Shown piece after piece: positions 40,368 to 49,071 of a stretch of DNA of 64,000 nt (its first letter is position 1; each line of letters begins with the position of its first letter). The translations under genes were made by a program, and so were the position numbers. The notes beneath the pieces were generated by a model that saw only the letters and a program-made list of their open reading frames with translations, made no database searches and was not told where the DNA came from. Source of the stretch: Candidatus Woesearchaeota archaeon (GTDB taxonomy: Archaea; Nanobdellota; Nanobdellia; Woesearchaeales; GW2011-AR9); the NCBI GenBank assembly GCA_016181265.1, contig JACOZP010000008.1, forward strand, positions 132,583 through 196,582. Direction: 5' to 3'.

Positions 40368-41234
40368 ATGGTCTTAGAATTGTTATTCAATCCATTTTCC
40401 CTGAAGAAAAAACCCTGGCAGATGTTTATCGTGGGCTTTTTTAATTCTATTATTGCTCTTATTCTTTCTTATATAGTATTTAAAGATGCAGCGGGGTTAT
40501 TGTCTGTTTTTTTAGTAGTGATGTCTACTCTTCCTTTATTTTATGTGACGATCAAACGTGAAGAAGAGCTTGACTTTAAGTATCCAGAATCCCGTATTCT
40601 AAAAGAACATGGCAAAGTACTTTTTTTCTTTATGTTCCTGTTTTTTGGGATTTTGTCGGCAATGGTATTAGCCTATGTTTTTCTTCCACAAGCAATGGTT
40701 GATTCTGTCTTTAACTTACAACAATCAGCAATCATGAATGTAAATAATGCAATCCAAACTGGACCAAGCAGTGCAGTTGTGACGGGAAATATCACTTCAA
40801 TTAGTCTCTTTATGAGAATATTATTCAATAATTTTAAAGTTCTTTTCTTCTGTTTGGTCTTCTCTTTTTTATATGGTGCCGGTGCGATCTTTATCTTAAC
40901 TTGGAATGCTTCTGTTATTGCTTCTGCAATGGGAAATTTAATCAAGACAGAAGTCGCACATGCGATCAATTCTATAGGTTTGCCCTCGGTTGCTACTTAC
41001 TTCAGCGCGGCTGCTTTTAGTGTCTTTCGATATATGACTCATGGTATTTTTGAAATTGCTGCGTATTTTATTGCTGGCTTAGCAGGGGGAATTATTTCTA
41101 TAGCGTTTATCAAACAAAACTTAAAAGAATCAAGAATTTATATGGATGTATTAGATTTAGTCTTAATCAGTATTGGCTTACTTGTTGTTGGGGGGATTAT
41201 TGAAGTATATATTACCCCCGTTTTCTTTGGCTAA
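40368..41234 (+). CDS. SpoIIM/DUF95-family membrane protein
   Basis: ILFNNFKV, IFILTWNASVI, HGIFEIAAY and GGIIEVYITP. Confidence 0.85.
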   Translation: MVLELLFNPFSLKKKPWQMFIVGFFNSIIALILSYIVFKDAAGLLSVFLVVMSTLPLFYVTIKREEELDFKYPESRILKEHGKVLFFFMFLFFGILSAMVLAYVFLPQAMVDSVFNLQQSAIMNVNNAIQTGPSSAVVTGNITSISLFMRILFNNFKVLFFCLVFSFLYGAGAIFILTWNASVIASAMGNLIKTEVAHAINSIGLPSVATYFSAAAFSVFRYMTHGIFEIAAYFIAGLAGGIISIAFIKQNLKESRIYMDVLDLVLISIGLLVVGGIIEVYITPVFFG

Positions 41235-41249
41235 TTTTTATAATTTTTA

Positions 41250-42035
41250 TTATAATACTTTTACTCTTCCCGGTTGATTTTGAAAGATATCGCCGCTTTC
41301 TAACATTCGTTGAATAATCTGTTCTGTATTATTTAAAGGGGATTTCTCAATCACTTCTTCGATGAAAACTCCTTGGCCCCGATCTAACTCTTTAATTATC
41401 TTAACTAATTTCTCGTATGATAATTCTTCTTTTACTGCTGTAATTAGTCCCAAATCAGATGTTTCTGGTGGTTTTGGTTCTGTTTTAGTTTTTTGTGGTG
41501 ATTGTTCTTTTTCTCTCTCATCTTCTTTACTTTCTTCTCTTATTTTTTTATTCTTTTTCTCTTTTGGTTTCTCTTGTTCAACAGGATGACTTACTTCTTT
41601 TTGGGTATATTTCTCCCATCCTATCTTTTTCAATTCTTCCTTTCTTATCTTTAGCCAAAGGGAATCAATTTTTTTGATAATTTCTGGCGAGATATATTTC
41701 TCTTCATTATATAATCTTATTCTCCCTATCATTTGGATAACATCTCCTACTTCTCCAGTTCGGATAGCTTTACTTTCTTCAAATAGGCGGGCGACTATTT
41801 TATCCGTTCCATCATCTAAAAGAAGATTGGTGATCATTCCAATTTTCTCTTTATTGATGATCACTGCAATTACATTTACCCTATATATCCTCTCTTCTTC
41901 TCCTATTTTTAGGTAATTTGGTTCTTGTTCTTTTTCTATGATATATTCTCCTTGATGGATAAGTCGGAGAGGGATTTTACATGCAACCTGTCTTTTATTC
42001 TTGTTTTCTAGTTTTGATGTTTCTTGTAGTGCCAT
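41250..42035 (-). CDS. RPA32-like OB-fold ssDNA-binding protein with C-terminal wHTH
   Basis: RVNVIA...LDDGT...GDVIQMIGRIR, charged linker, then LESGDIFQNQPG; co-directional with mcm. Confidence 0.8.
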   Translation of the reverse strand: MALQETSKLENKNKRQVACKIPLRLIHQGEYIIEKEQEPNYLKIGEEERIYRVNVIAVIINKEKIGMITNLLLDDGTDKIVARLFEESKAIRTGEVGDVIQMIGRIRLYNEEKYISPEIIKKIDSLWLKIRKEELKKIGWEKYTQKEVSHPVEQEKPKEKKNKKIREESKEDEREKEQSPQKTKTEPKPPETSDLGLITAVKEELSYEKLVKIIKELDRGQGVFIEEVIEKSPLNNTEQIIQRMLESGDIFQNQPGRVKVL

Positions 42036-42067
42036 GGTCCTGTGTTTTAACTTCATTTAGTGGTGAT

Positions 42068-44089
42068 TTACAATCTCTGTACAAATCCTTTCCGCGGCTC
42101 AAAAATATCTCCTGAACGGCGGAGCTTATCAATAGTATCATTGATTGTTTCTGGGCTGATGCTTTTCTCTTTGGCGGCTTCAATGACCATCTCTAAAGGA
42201 ATCATCTTTGAATTTGTCTGTTCTTCTAGAGCGTGGATTATCTCTTTAACTATACTAATTGTGCCTCGCTGTGATGCAGTGATACTACTGCTGATACGAT
42301 CAATGTCGATCTTACCAGTTTTCTCATCTTTCGCTATTTGATTAAGACAGTAATCTACTAGTTCTATCGCTTTCTGCGCATCTGATTTTTCAACAGTTTT
42401 AGAAAGGCGTACTTTGGCCATCGCTTCTGATAGGCGTACGAGTGCTTCTAATTGACGGGCAGTGATGGGGATGCTCTTTATCCCTCCTTCATCTCCCACG
42501 CCAGAATTACGCATACTTATATAATATGATTTTATTTCTTCTATCGCTTCATCAGACATTTTCGGATTCATCTTTGCTCTAATATGGGCAAAAAATTTTT
42601 TTAGTAAATCAGTTGATATTTCCGAAATAGCTTTTTCCGGATCTTTGTGCAATCCAAGAATAAATTCTGCCGTTTTCTCGTCTTTTTCACGGCTAGGCAG
42701 ATCTTTGACAGGGAAGATGAGGTCAAAGCGGTTAATTAATGTTGGAGGGAGGTCAATTTGTGAAGCGATAAGATCGTAAGGATCGAAACGGCCAAATTTG
42801 GGGTTAGCAGCAGCGAGAACAGTCGTTTCACATCGTAACGTAGCTTGGATATTTGCTTTAGCAATGCTGATCGTCTGCTGTTCTAATGCTTCGTGGAGAG
42901 CGGAGGTATCTTCTTTACCCATCTTATCCATTTCATCAATAATAGCAAACCCTTGGTTAGCAAGGACGAGTGTCCCTGCTTCTAAGCTCCAGCCTCCTAA
43001 GAATTCATCTTTAACGACACTTGCCGTTAGGCCTGCTCCTGTTGCTCCTTTTCCGCTCGTAAACCGCGCTTTTGGTGCAATTTTAGAAAGACGTTTAAGA
43101 AGTTGTGATTTCCCTGATCCCGGATCACCAATGAGAAGCATATGCATATCTCCTCTTGTTACAACACCATCTGGTCGGACTTTGCGACAACCACCGGCAA
43201 GCTGGAGGATGAGCGCTTCTTTGATCTTATCGTGGCCATAGATTGAAGGAGCAAGACTTTTAGTCAATCTCTGAAGAACATTGGGATCTCTTCCGATCTC
43301 TTTGATTTCTTCTAATTCTTGTTCAGTAATGTTTAGTTCGTGTTGATCTTTTTCTGCTGGCTGAACAAAATTTGCTTCCACAATCAATTCAAATTTTGTA
43401 GATTGCCCTCCACTGCGAAGAGTGACTGGCACTTCAGTTACCCATCCACTGATAAGGACACGGGAGCCAGGACTAGTTCGTCTTTCGGACATGGGCGAAA
43501 CTAAATCGTCTTTAAGGAAAACGTTGATCCTCTTAGGTTGGGCGCCGTCTAATTCTTCTGCTGCTTCTTCTAAGACCAATCCTTGACCATCTACTAGTTC
43601 TTTAGACACTTCTTTGAATTTTCCTTTTCGACCACAGCCGCAACGGCTGGGCTCTTTGTATTTGTTGTCTAGTTGGAGAACGGTGAGGATATTACCACAG
43701 GAAGGACATTCAAATTTTGATGCAGCAACGTGAGGACGGACATCTGATTTCTGACGAACAATTCCTTCTACCCAAATAAATTTCTTGAGGTGACGGCTTC
43801 TAATCTCGTTGATCTGGATCTTTTGAGAATCGGGAAGGTTCTTGAAACGCAAGGAAAATTTTGTTATCTTTTTGGGCAAGTCAAATTCTTTGATGGCAAG
43901 TTCTCCTGCTTTGAGAATGTTTTCTGGATCTTCGAGCATCTCTTCTGATAATTCAGTATTAAATCTAACTAATTCAGCAAAATCAAGGACTAAAAAAATG
44001 TGGCCTTTACGAACTGCTTCTAAGAGCTGTGGATAATAATTTTGTTCAATGAACTCCCGAAAAGTCTTAATTTGTTCGTCTACATCCAT
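42068..44089 (-). CDS. mcm: MCM replicative helicase
   Basis: Zn finger, GDPGSGKSQ, IDEMDKM, ALEQQTISIAKA, AAANP and TARQLEAL; no intein. Confidence 0.97.
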   Translation of the reverse strand: MDVDEQIKTFREFIEQNYYPQLLEAVRKGHIFLVLDFAELVRFNTELSEEMLEDPENILKAGELAIKEFDLPKKITKFSLRFKNLPDSQKIQINEIRSRHLKKFIWVEGIVRQKSDVRPHVAASKFECPSCGNILTVLQLDNKYKEPSRCGCGRKGKFKEVSKELVDGQGLVLEEAAEELDGAQPKRINVFLKDDLVSPMSERRTSPGSRVLISGWVTEVPVTLRSGGQSTKFELIVEANFVQPAEKDQHELNITEQELEEIKEIGRDPNVLQRLTKSLAPSIYGHDKIKEALILQLAGGCRKVRPDGVVTRGDMHMLLIGDPGSGKSQLLKRLSKIAPKARFTSGKGATGAGLTASVVKDEFLGGWSLEAGTLVLANQGFAIIDEMDKMGKEDTSALHEALEQQTISIAKANIQATLRCETTVLAAANPKFGRFDPYDLIASQIDLPPTLINRFDLIFPVKDLPSREKDEKTAEFILGLHKDPEKAISEISTDLLKKFFAHIRAKMNPKMSDEAIEEIKSYYISMRNSGVGDEGGIKSIPITARQLEALVRLSEAMAKVRLSKTVEKSDAQKAIELVDYCLNQIAKDEKTGKIDIDRISSSITASQRGTISIVKEIIHALEEQTNSKMIPLEMVIEAAKEKSISPETINDTIDKLRRSGDIFEPRKGFVQRL

Positions 44090-44255
44090 GCTTCTTTTTA
44101 GGCTTCTTTATCATATTTAAAGATTTGTTGGGTGAAAGAGATGAAACAAATATAATTCTGATTGGACAGTTTTCTATACTTTTCCTAGCAAAAGACCAAT
44201 GACTGTTTAACAAGGAGCATACAAAGACAAAAATACAAAAACAAAAAGTATATTC

Positions 44256-44816
44256 CTACTTAGCCAGAACTTTCTTTAGGTTCTCAATAAGCTTGTCGGT
44301 AGCATCATTTACTTGTTCTTCTGTCTTTGTTCCGGTACAGACAATCTTTCCATTACTAAACAAGAGAAATGTTGCATTTGTACCCTTCAGTTTATGGACT
44401 AGCCCTGGAAATTGTTCGGGCTCATATTCTGTGTTTGGTAATTTAATTCCTAAGACATTTAAATTAAGGTCCATACCAATACTTCCGGAAGCAACAATAT
44501 TCTGAACTGTAATAACCGGCTTGATTGTTACATTAATATTCAATTTTTTTAAGCTCTTGATGATACTTTGGATACTTTGATCAACCTCTTCCATTGTCCG
44601 TGCACCAGTACATACTACTTTTCCACTAGAGAAGATTAATGCTGAAGTCTTCGGCTCTTTGATGCGTAATACCAATCCAGGAAATTGTTCTGGATTATAT
44701 TCTGTGTTTGGGAGCGTGGCTGCCATCTTTTCCAAAGGAATATCTTTCTCTAGACCGGTAGATACCACAATGTTTACAATTCGTATTTTTTTCTTGGCTG
44801 AGCCAGTTGCTGTCAT
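44256..44816 (-). CDS. tbp: TATA-binding protein
   Basis: Two repeats of NIV.S...EY.PEQFPGLV...F.SG/NGK.VCTG. Confidence 0.97.
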   Translation of the reverse strand: MTATGSAKKKIRIVNIVVSTGLEKDIPLEKMAATLPNTEYNPEQFPGLVLRIKEPKTSALIFSSGKVVCTGARTMEEVDQSIQSIIKSLKKLNINVTIKPVITVQNIVASGSIGMDLNLNVLGIKLPNTEYEPEQFPGLVHKLKGTNATFLLFSNGKIVCTGTKTEEQVNDATDKLIENLKKVLAK

Positions 44817-44985
44817 CGTTTAAACCCCCTATTTATACTTCTAAATGGCTTAATGTTAAGCTAAGTATTTAAATATTCCCTTTATAAACTGATTGCTCTC
44901 TTGTTTATATATATGCTCCATATATTAGGCAGTATTCTTCTATTTTTAGAGAATATTTAAAAATTAACTCTCTCTTGATTAAAAT

Positions 44986-45813
44986 ATGTATACTCACCTC
45001 CTTGTTCGTGGTGGGGAATTGTTCCTCAAAGGAAAAAATTATGTTCTCTTTGAACAGCGTCTAAAGCGGAATATTTCCACCCTCACAAAAATAGAACTCA
45101 AAAAGATCACTTCTCTTCGTGGACGATTTATCCTTCCTTTTTCTGAGAATCATCATTTGTTAAAAAGAGTATTTGGTCTAGTCTCTTATTCCCCTACAAT
45201 AAGGGTGGAAGCCAAGATGAAAACAATACTCTCTTGTGCTGTTACTCTCCTTAACGAAAAGAAGGGGACATTTAAAGTGGATGCTAAGCGTTCAGATAAG
45301 CGCTTTCCTATTCAGTCTCCTGAAGTAAGTAGACAACTAGGGCAGTTTATAGAGAATAATACTGCTTTATCTTTCCAAAGAGAGAATCCCGATTTCATCC
45401 TTCATGTCGAGATCAATAATGATGGAGCTTATCTTTTTTTAGAGACTATTCCTTGTTTTGGAGGGTTACCAACAGGATCGGAAGGGCCTGTTTTCTTATT
45501 GGTCGAAGATGAAACAAGCATTTTAGCGGGTCTACTGATGATGAAACGGGGCATAAGTATTATTCCCATCGGTTTTAGAGAAGAGGATATTTCTCTTCTA
45601 CAACGTTTTAGCCCTTCCACACTGATTTTACGAGTAATAGATGATTTTTCTGATTTAGAACGGCTTTCTCGGAAGGGGACCAATATCCTTGTCACGGGCG
45701 AAACGTTTGAAACATTAAATTCTATGACGACAAGTCTCCTAATTTTAAGGCCGTTGGTCGCGTTTGATTCAGAGACTATTAAAGAAAAAATTCTTCAATA
45801 TCAGCATGCTTGA
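44986..45813 (+). CDS. ThiI-like THUMP protein with a degenerate PP-loop domain
   Basis: GELFLKGKN..FE..L..N, FKVDAKRSDKRFP, GGLP.G, LMMKRG, VTGE and ILRPL are present; SGGxDS is absent; only 275 aa. Confidence 0.8.
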   Translation: MYTHLLVRGGELFLKGKNYVLFEQRLKRNISTLTKIELKKITSLRGRFILPFSENHHLLKRVFGLVSYSPTIRVEAKMKTILSCAVTLLNEKKGTFKVDAKRSDKRFPIQSPEVSRQLGQFIENNTALSFQRENPDFILHVEINNDGAYLFLETIPCFGGLPTGSEGPVFLLVEDETSILAGLLMMKRGISIIPIGFREEDISLLQRFSPSTLILRVIDDFSDLERLSRKGTNILVTGETFETLNSMTTSLLILRPLVAFDSETIKEKILQYQHA

Positions 45814-45817
45814 CACT

Positions 45818-46807
45818 TTAATTTCCGACCCATTTGTCATAGATTGTACTTGCTTCTGCTTCTGATTGCGCTTTGATTAGCGCTCTGCCATCTTTAAATA
45901 GAAGAATGTTTTGGAATGACAGTGTCTCATTGTCACGGAATACTTTACCTACCTTTTGCCATCGTTGTTCTATCTCTATAAAATCTTTCACTTTTCCATT
46001 GATCTGGTAGCGTCCTGTCGAGCAGAATAACATCGATTTTATTTTATTCTCATGTTGTGATAGTTCTTCTCCCTGAGTGCAGGCGATACAATTTTTCTTT
46101 TTTGGAATCCTTATTTTTTTGATGGTGTTTTCCCAAATGTTTAGATGAATCAGTTCATTCTCTCTGACAGTCTCTGCTCGTTGAGTGATGATTTTTAATG
46201 CTAATGTTACCTGCTGGGCAGAAATTGATGTTATTATCGTGTTAAGTACACCAGCAGTCGTGCATGTTTCTGGTGGAGGCGCGGTAAGAAAGCAGCGCAG
46301 GCAAGGTCCGTTAGGAAATATGGCCATTACATATCCTTCTGTCCTAATCGCAGCAGCGTAAATCCATCGTTTGTTATTTTTCTTACAATAATAATTAATC
46401 AAGAAACGAGTCTGCAGATTGTCCGTACAATCTAATACGAGGTCTGCCTCTAGAAGAGTATCAATGTTCTTGGTATTAAGATCAACTGCTTTTGGTATGA
46501 TCTCTATCTTGGAATTAATCTCTTTTAGTTTTTCTGCTGCAACAGCAGCTTTACTTCTTCCCACATCTTTTTCTGCGAAAATGTTTTGACGTTGAAGATT
46601 GGAAAGCTCGATTATGTCTCGATCAATAAGGATAATTTTCCCAATGCCAGCACGAGTTAGGAGTTCGGCAGTACTGGAACCTAATGCTCCTATACCAACG
46701 ATTACCATACTTGCTCTTCTAATCTTTTCTTGTCCTTCTCTTCCTACGATGGACAAGATTTCCTGTCGAGAATAACGTCCTTGGTCTGCTTGTTGAAAAT
46801 CATCCAT
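45818..46807 (-). CDS. ThiF/MoeB/UbaA E1-like adenylyltransferase
   Basis: RYSRQ, GIGALG, DRD.IELSNLQRQ, DCTDN, CLRC, ETC..AGV and CIAC. Confidence 0.92.
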   Translation of the reverse strand: MDDFQQADQGRYSRQEILSIVGREGQEKIRRASMVIVGIGALGSSTAELLTRAGIGKIILIDRDIIELSNLQRQNIFAEKDVGRSKAAVAAEKLKEINSKIEIIPKAVDLNTKNIDTLLEADLVLDCTDNLQTRFLINYYCKKNNKRWIYAAAIRTEGYVMAIFPNGPCLRCFLTAPPPETCTTAGVLNTIITSISAQQVTLALKIITQRAETVRENELIHLNIWENTIKKIRIPKKKNCIACTQGEELSQHENKIKSMLFCSTGRYQINGKVKDFIEIEQRWQKVGKVFRDNETLSFQNILLFKDGRALIKAQSEAEASTIYDKWVGN

Positions 46808-47735
46808 TGATAATCATCTCTTTCATCACGCAAGCATTACACACTTCTTTATTTGCCGCTTCACCACAACGTGAACATTGTTTTATCTCATCGATCCGTC
46901 CTTTCTCTTGCTCTCTAATATTTGGGAGAAGCGCGAGAAATGAATTGATAATCCCCTGTTTTGTCCCTTTATATTTCTGTTCAAAATCGTTAAGCATTTC
47001 TTGCACGTGATGGCGGAAGCCTTCTTTTGAATAAGGACATTCAGTAAACTGGACTTGGAACCCTTTGAGTAAGGCATAAAGACGGACTTCTTTCTCTAAA
47101 CAAAAATATAACGGTTTTACCCTTTGGATAAAGTGTTCTGATTCTTCAATCCCCGAGATGGGGCCCATCCTTCCGGCAAGCTGGGTGTTAGCTTTAAAGA
47201 TGTTCATCATGATGACCTGTGCTTCATCATCAAGATTATGGCCCGTTATCACTTTTGTCGCACCGCTTTTAGCGGCGTATTTATTGAGCAAATACCGTCG
47301 CCAGACCCCGCAAACATTGCACGGTTTTTTCTGGGTACCTTTGTTGATGATGGGGTATGCTTGGTCTAATGTCTTACCCAATTCGGTCTCGAAGCTGACG
47401 ATCTCTAACGGGATCTGATGATCACTACAGAATTTCTGAAGATCTATAATGGTCTTCTCACGATATTCTGCAATCCCTTCATCGATAGCAAGTGCTCGAA
47501 TGTTTTTTGTAGGGATGTTATTTCGCTCACAGTATTTCTTGGTCAGATACAACACCGTTAACGAATCTTTTCCTCCAGAAGTGGCGACGCAGAGAATATC
47601 TTTGCGGCCAATCAGACGGTATTTGTTAATGGTTTTCAAGACTTTTTCTTCAAAATAGTTGATGAAGTGAGTTTTACATAGTGCTCCATGCTGTACTTCA
47701 ATTACGGCTGATTTAGAACAATGAAAACAGTCCAT
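46800..47735 (-). CDS. ncsA: tRNA 2-thiolation protein NcsA/TtuA/Ctu1
   Basis: N- and C-terminal Zn fingers, SGGKDS, CNVCGVWRR, TGHNLDD and ECPY; start ATG 47735. Confidence 0.92.
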   Translation of the reverse strand: MDCFHCSKSAVIEVQHGALCKTHFINYFEEKVLKTINKYRLIGRKDILCVATSGGKDSLTVLYLTKKYCERNNIPTKNIRALAIDEGIAEYREKTIIDLQKFCSDHQIPLEIVSFETELGKTLDQAYPIINKGTQKKPCNVCGVWRRYLLNKYAAKSGATKVITGHNLDDEAQVIMMNIFKANTQLAGRMGPISGIEESEHFIQRVKPLYFCLEKEVRLYALLKGFQVQFTECPYSKEGFRHHVQEMLNDFEQKYKGTKQGIINSFLALLPNIREQEKGRIDEIKQCSRCGEAANKEVCNACVMKEMIING

Positions 47736-47736
47736 C

Positions 47737-47940
47737 TTAGCCACCCGAGACGACACTTAGAAGTTCAAATACATCATTATCATGTACTGTTTCGTCCCCA
47801 ATAATCACTTCGTTATTACGGACGACAAGAAATACTTCAGGATTTATCTTTAGCTCTTTAAGAAGGTCTGTGACTGTTTTTCCATTGAATTCGATTTGCA
47901 GAGTGGTCTTTTCTCTTTCGTTGTATACTGTAATGTTCAT
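47737..47940 (-). CDS. Ubiquitin-like sulfur carrier (SAMP/MoaD/ThiS)
   Basis: 67-aa beta-grasp pattern ending VVSGG; directly upstream of ncsA. Confidence 0.92.
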   Translation of the reverse strand: MNITVYNEREKTTLQIEFNGKTVTDLLKELKINPEVFLVVRNNEVIIGDETVHDNDVFELLSVVSGG

Positions 47941-48051
47941 GCCCCCTCCTTTTGTCTCAAACTAAGGCAAAAATTGGTTGGATTGTTTTTTAGGACAAGC
48001 TTTATAAATTTTTGTGGTGAATTATTTAAAGAGTGATATTATTCTTTTGTT

Positions 48052-48588
48052 ATGGATAATTATATTTTATTTGGTGAGGATGAGAACAGCAGGGAACTAA
48101 GTCTCTCTTTAGGATTTGCTCATCTCTTCTGTAAGGGAAAAGATTTTGAAATCATCAATGCTTCTTCTAAGAAAGAATTACTTCTTAAAGTGCGGCAATT
48201 GCAACAGAAGAAAATAGTTGTCCTCTTCAAACCAACGACTGAAGAAATGTTACGCTTCGCGTTGGAGAAGACTACTGTTGATGGGGTTATTGGTGTTGAA
48301 GAGATTCATCCTTCTGATTCTGTCCATTACCTGCGAGGAGGTTTAGATCAGATTTTGTGCAAGATTGCGCGGGAAAATGGGAAGAAAATAGTATTCTCTT
48401 TCTCTTCGATCTTAAATTCTTCTCACCGTTCGCGCTTGTTGGCAAGAATCATATTCAATCTGGAATTATGTCGCAAGTACAAAAATCAGACTGTTTTTGG
48501 TAATTTTTCTTTGATTTCGGAGGAGATGCGTTCCGCAGCAGATTTACTTGCGTTTCGCCGTGTTTTAGAGAAAAAGTTTATAAAGTAG
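48052..48588 (+). CDS. rnp3: RNase P protein component Rpp30
   Basis: RFALEK..VD, GLDQILCKIA.EN...I.FSF, LCRKY and EMRS..DL. Confidence 0.8.
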   Translation: MDNYILFGEDENSRELSLSLGFAHLFCKGKDFEIINASSKKELLLKVRQLQQKKIVVLFKPTTEEMLRFALEKTTVDGVIGVEEIHPSDSVHYLRGGLDQILCKIARENGKKIVFSFSSILNSSHRSRLLARIIFNLELCRKYKNQTVFGNFSLISEEMRSAADLLAFRRVLEKKFIK

Positions 48589-48646
48589 CCTCTTTTAAGT
48601 AGTTAAATTTGGTTTTAGTGTGTTCAATAGAATAGGTGAATAAACT

Positions 48647-48994
48647 ATGAAAACACTAAAATTAATGGCTTTAGGAGTTCTTTTAGGTGCAGGCGTCAGC
48701 AATTGTGAACCCGATGTGGAAAATAATTATTATAGTGGATCGGGAATTACTCCATCTGGTGCATACAGGGAATACACCTGTAGGGATGCTGCTGAAAGTT
48801 GGGGTAATTGTATGAGTCAACCAGGTTGGGACGATAATAAACAAATTCCCTCTAGTTATATTACACAATTAGCGGATGATTGCGAACGCCTTCCAGACCC
48901 TCAAAACTGTATTGATTGTGTTGTATCAAGTCCTTGTGATCCTAAACATAAAAAAAGTCCATTTAATTTTTGTGAAGAAGAATGTCCTTTGTAA
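48647..48994 (+). CDS. Small Cys-rich exported (lipoprotein-like) protein, paralog A
   Basis: Signal peptide ending at Cys20; ENNYY..GITPSG and CIDC motifs. Confidence 0.7.
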   Translation: MKTLKLMALGVLLGAGVSNCEPDVENNYYSGSGITPSGAYREYTCRDAAESWGNCMSQPGWDDNKQIPSSYITQLADDCERLPDPQNCIDCVVSSPCDPKHKKSPFNFCEEECPL

Positions 48995-49071
48995 TTTTAT
49001 AATTATTTTTCTTCTTTTATTTTTAGGTAGATTTATAAATTTCTATCTCTTATCAATGTGATGAGGGATAT

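Noticed and set aside
32849-44089. Inteins in DP2, Cdc6 or MCM
   Set aside because: Lengths are normal, conserved motifs are contiguous, and I saw no intein splice-junction or LAGLIDADG blocks.
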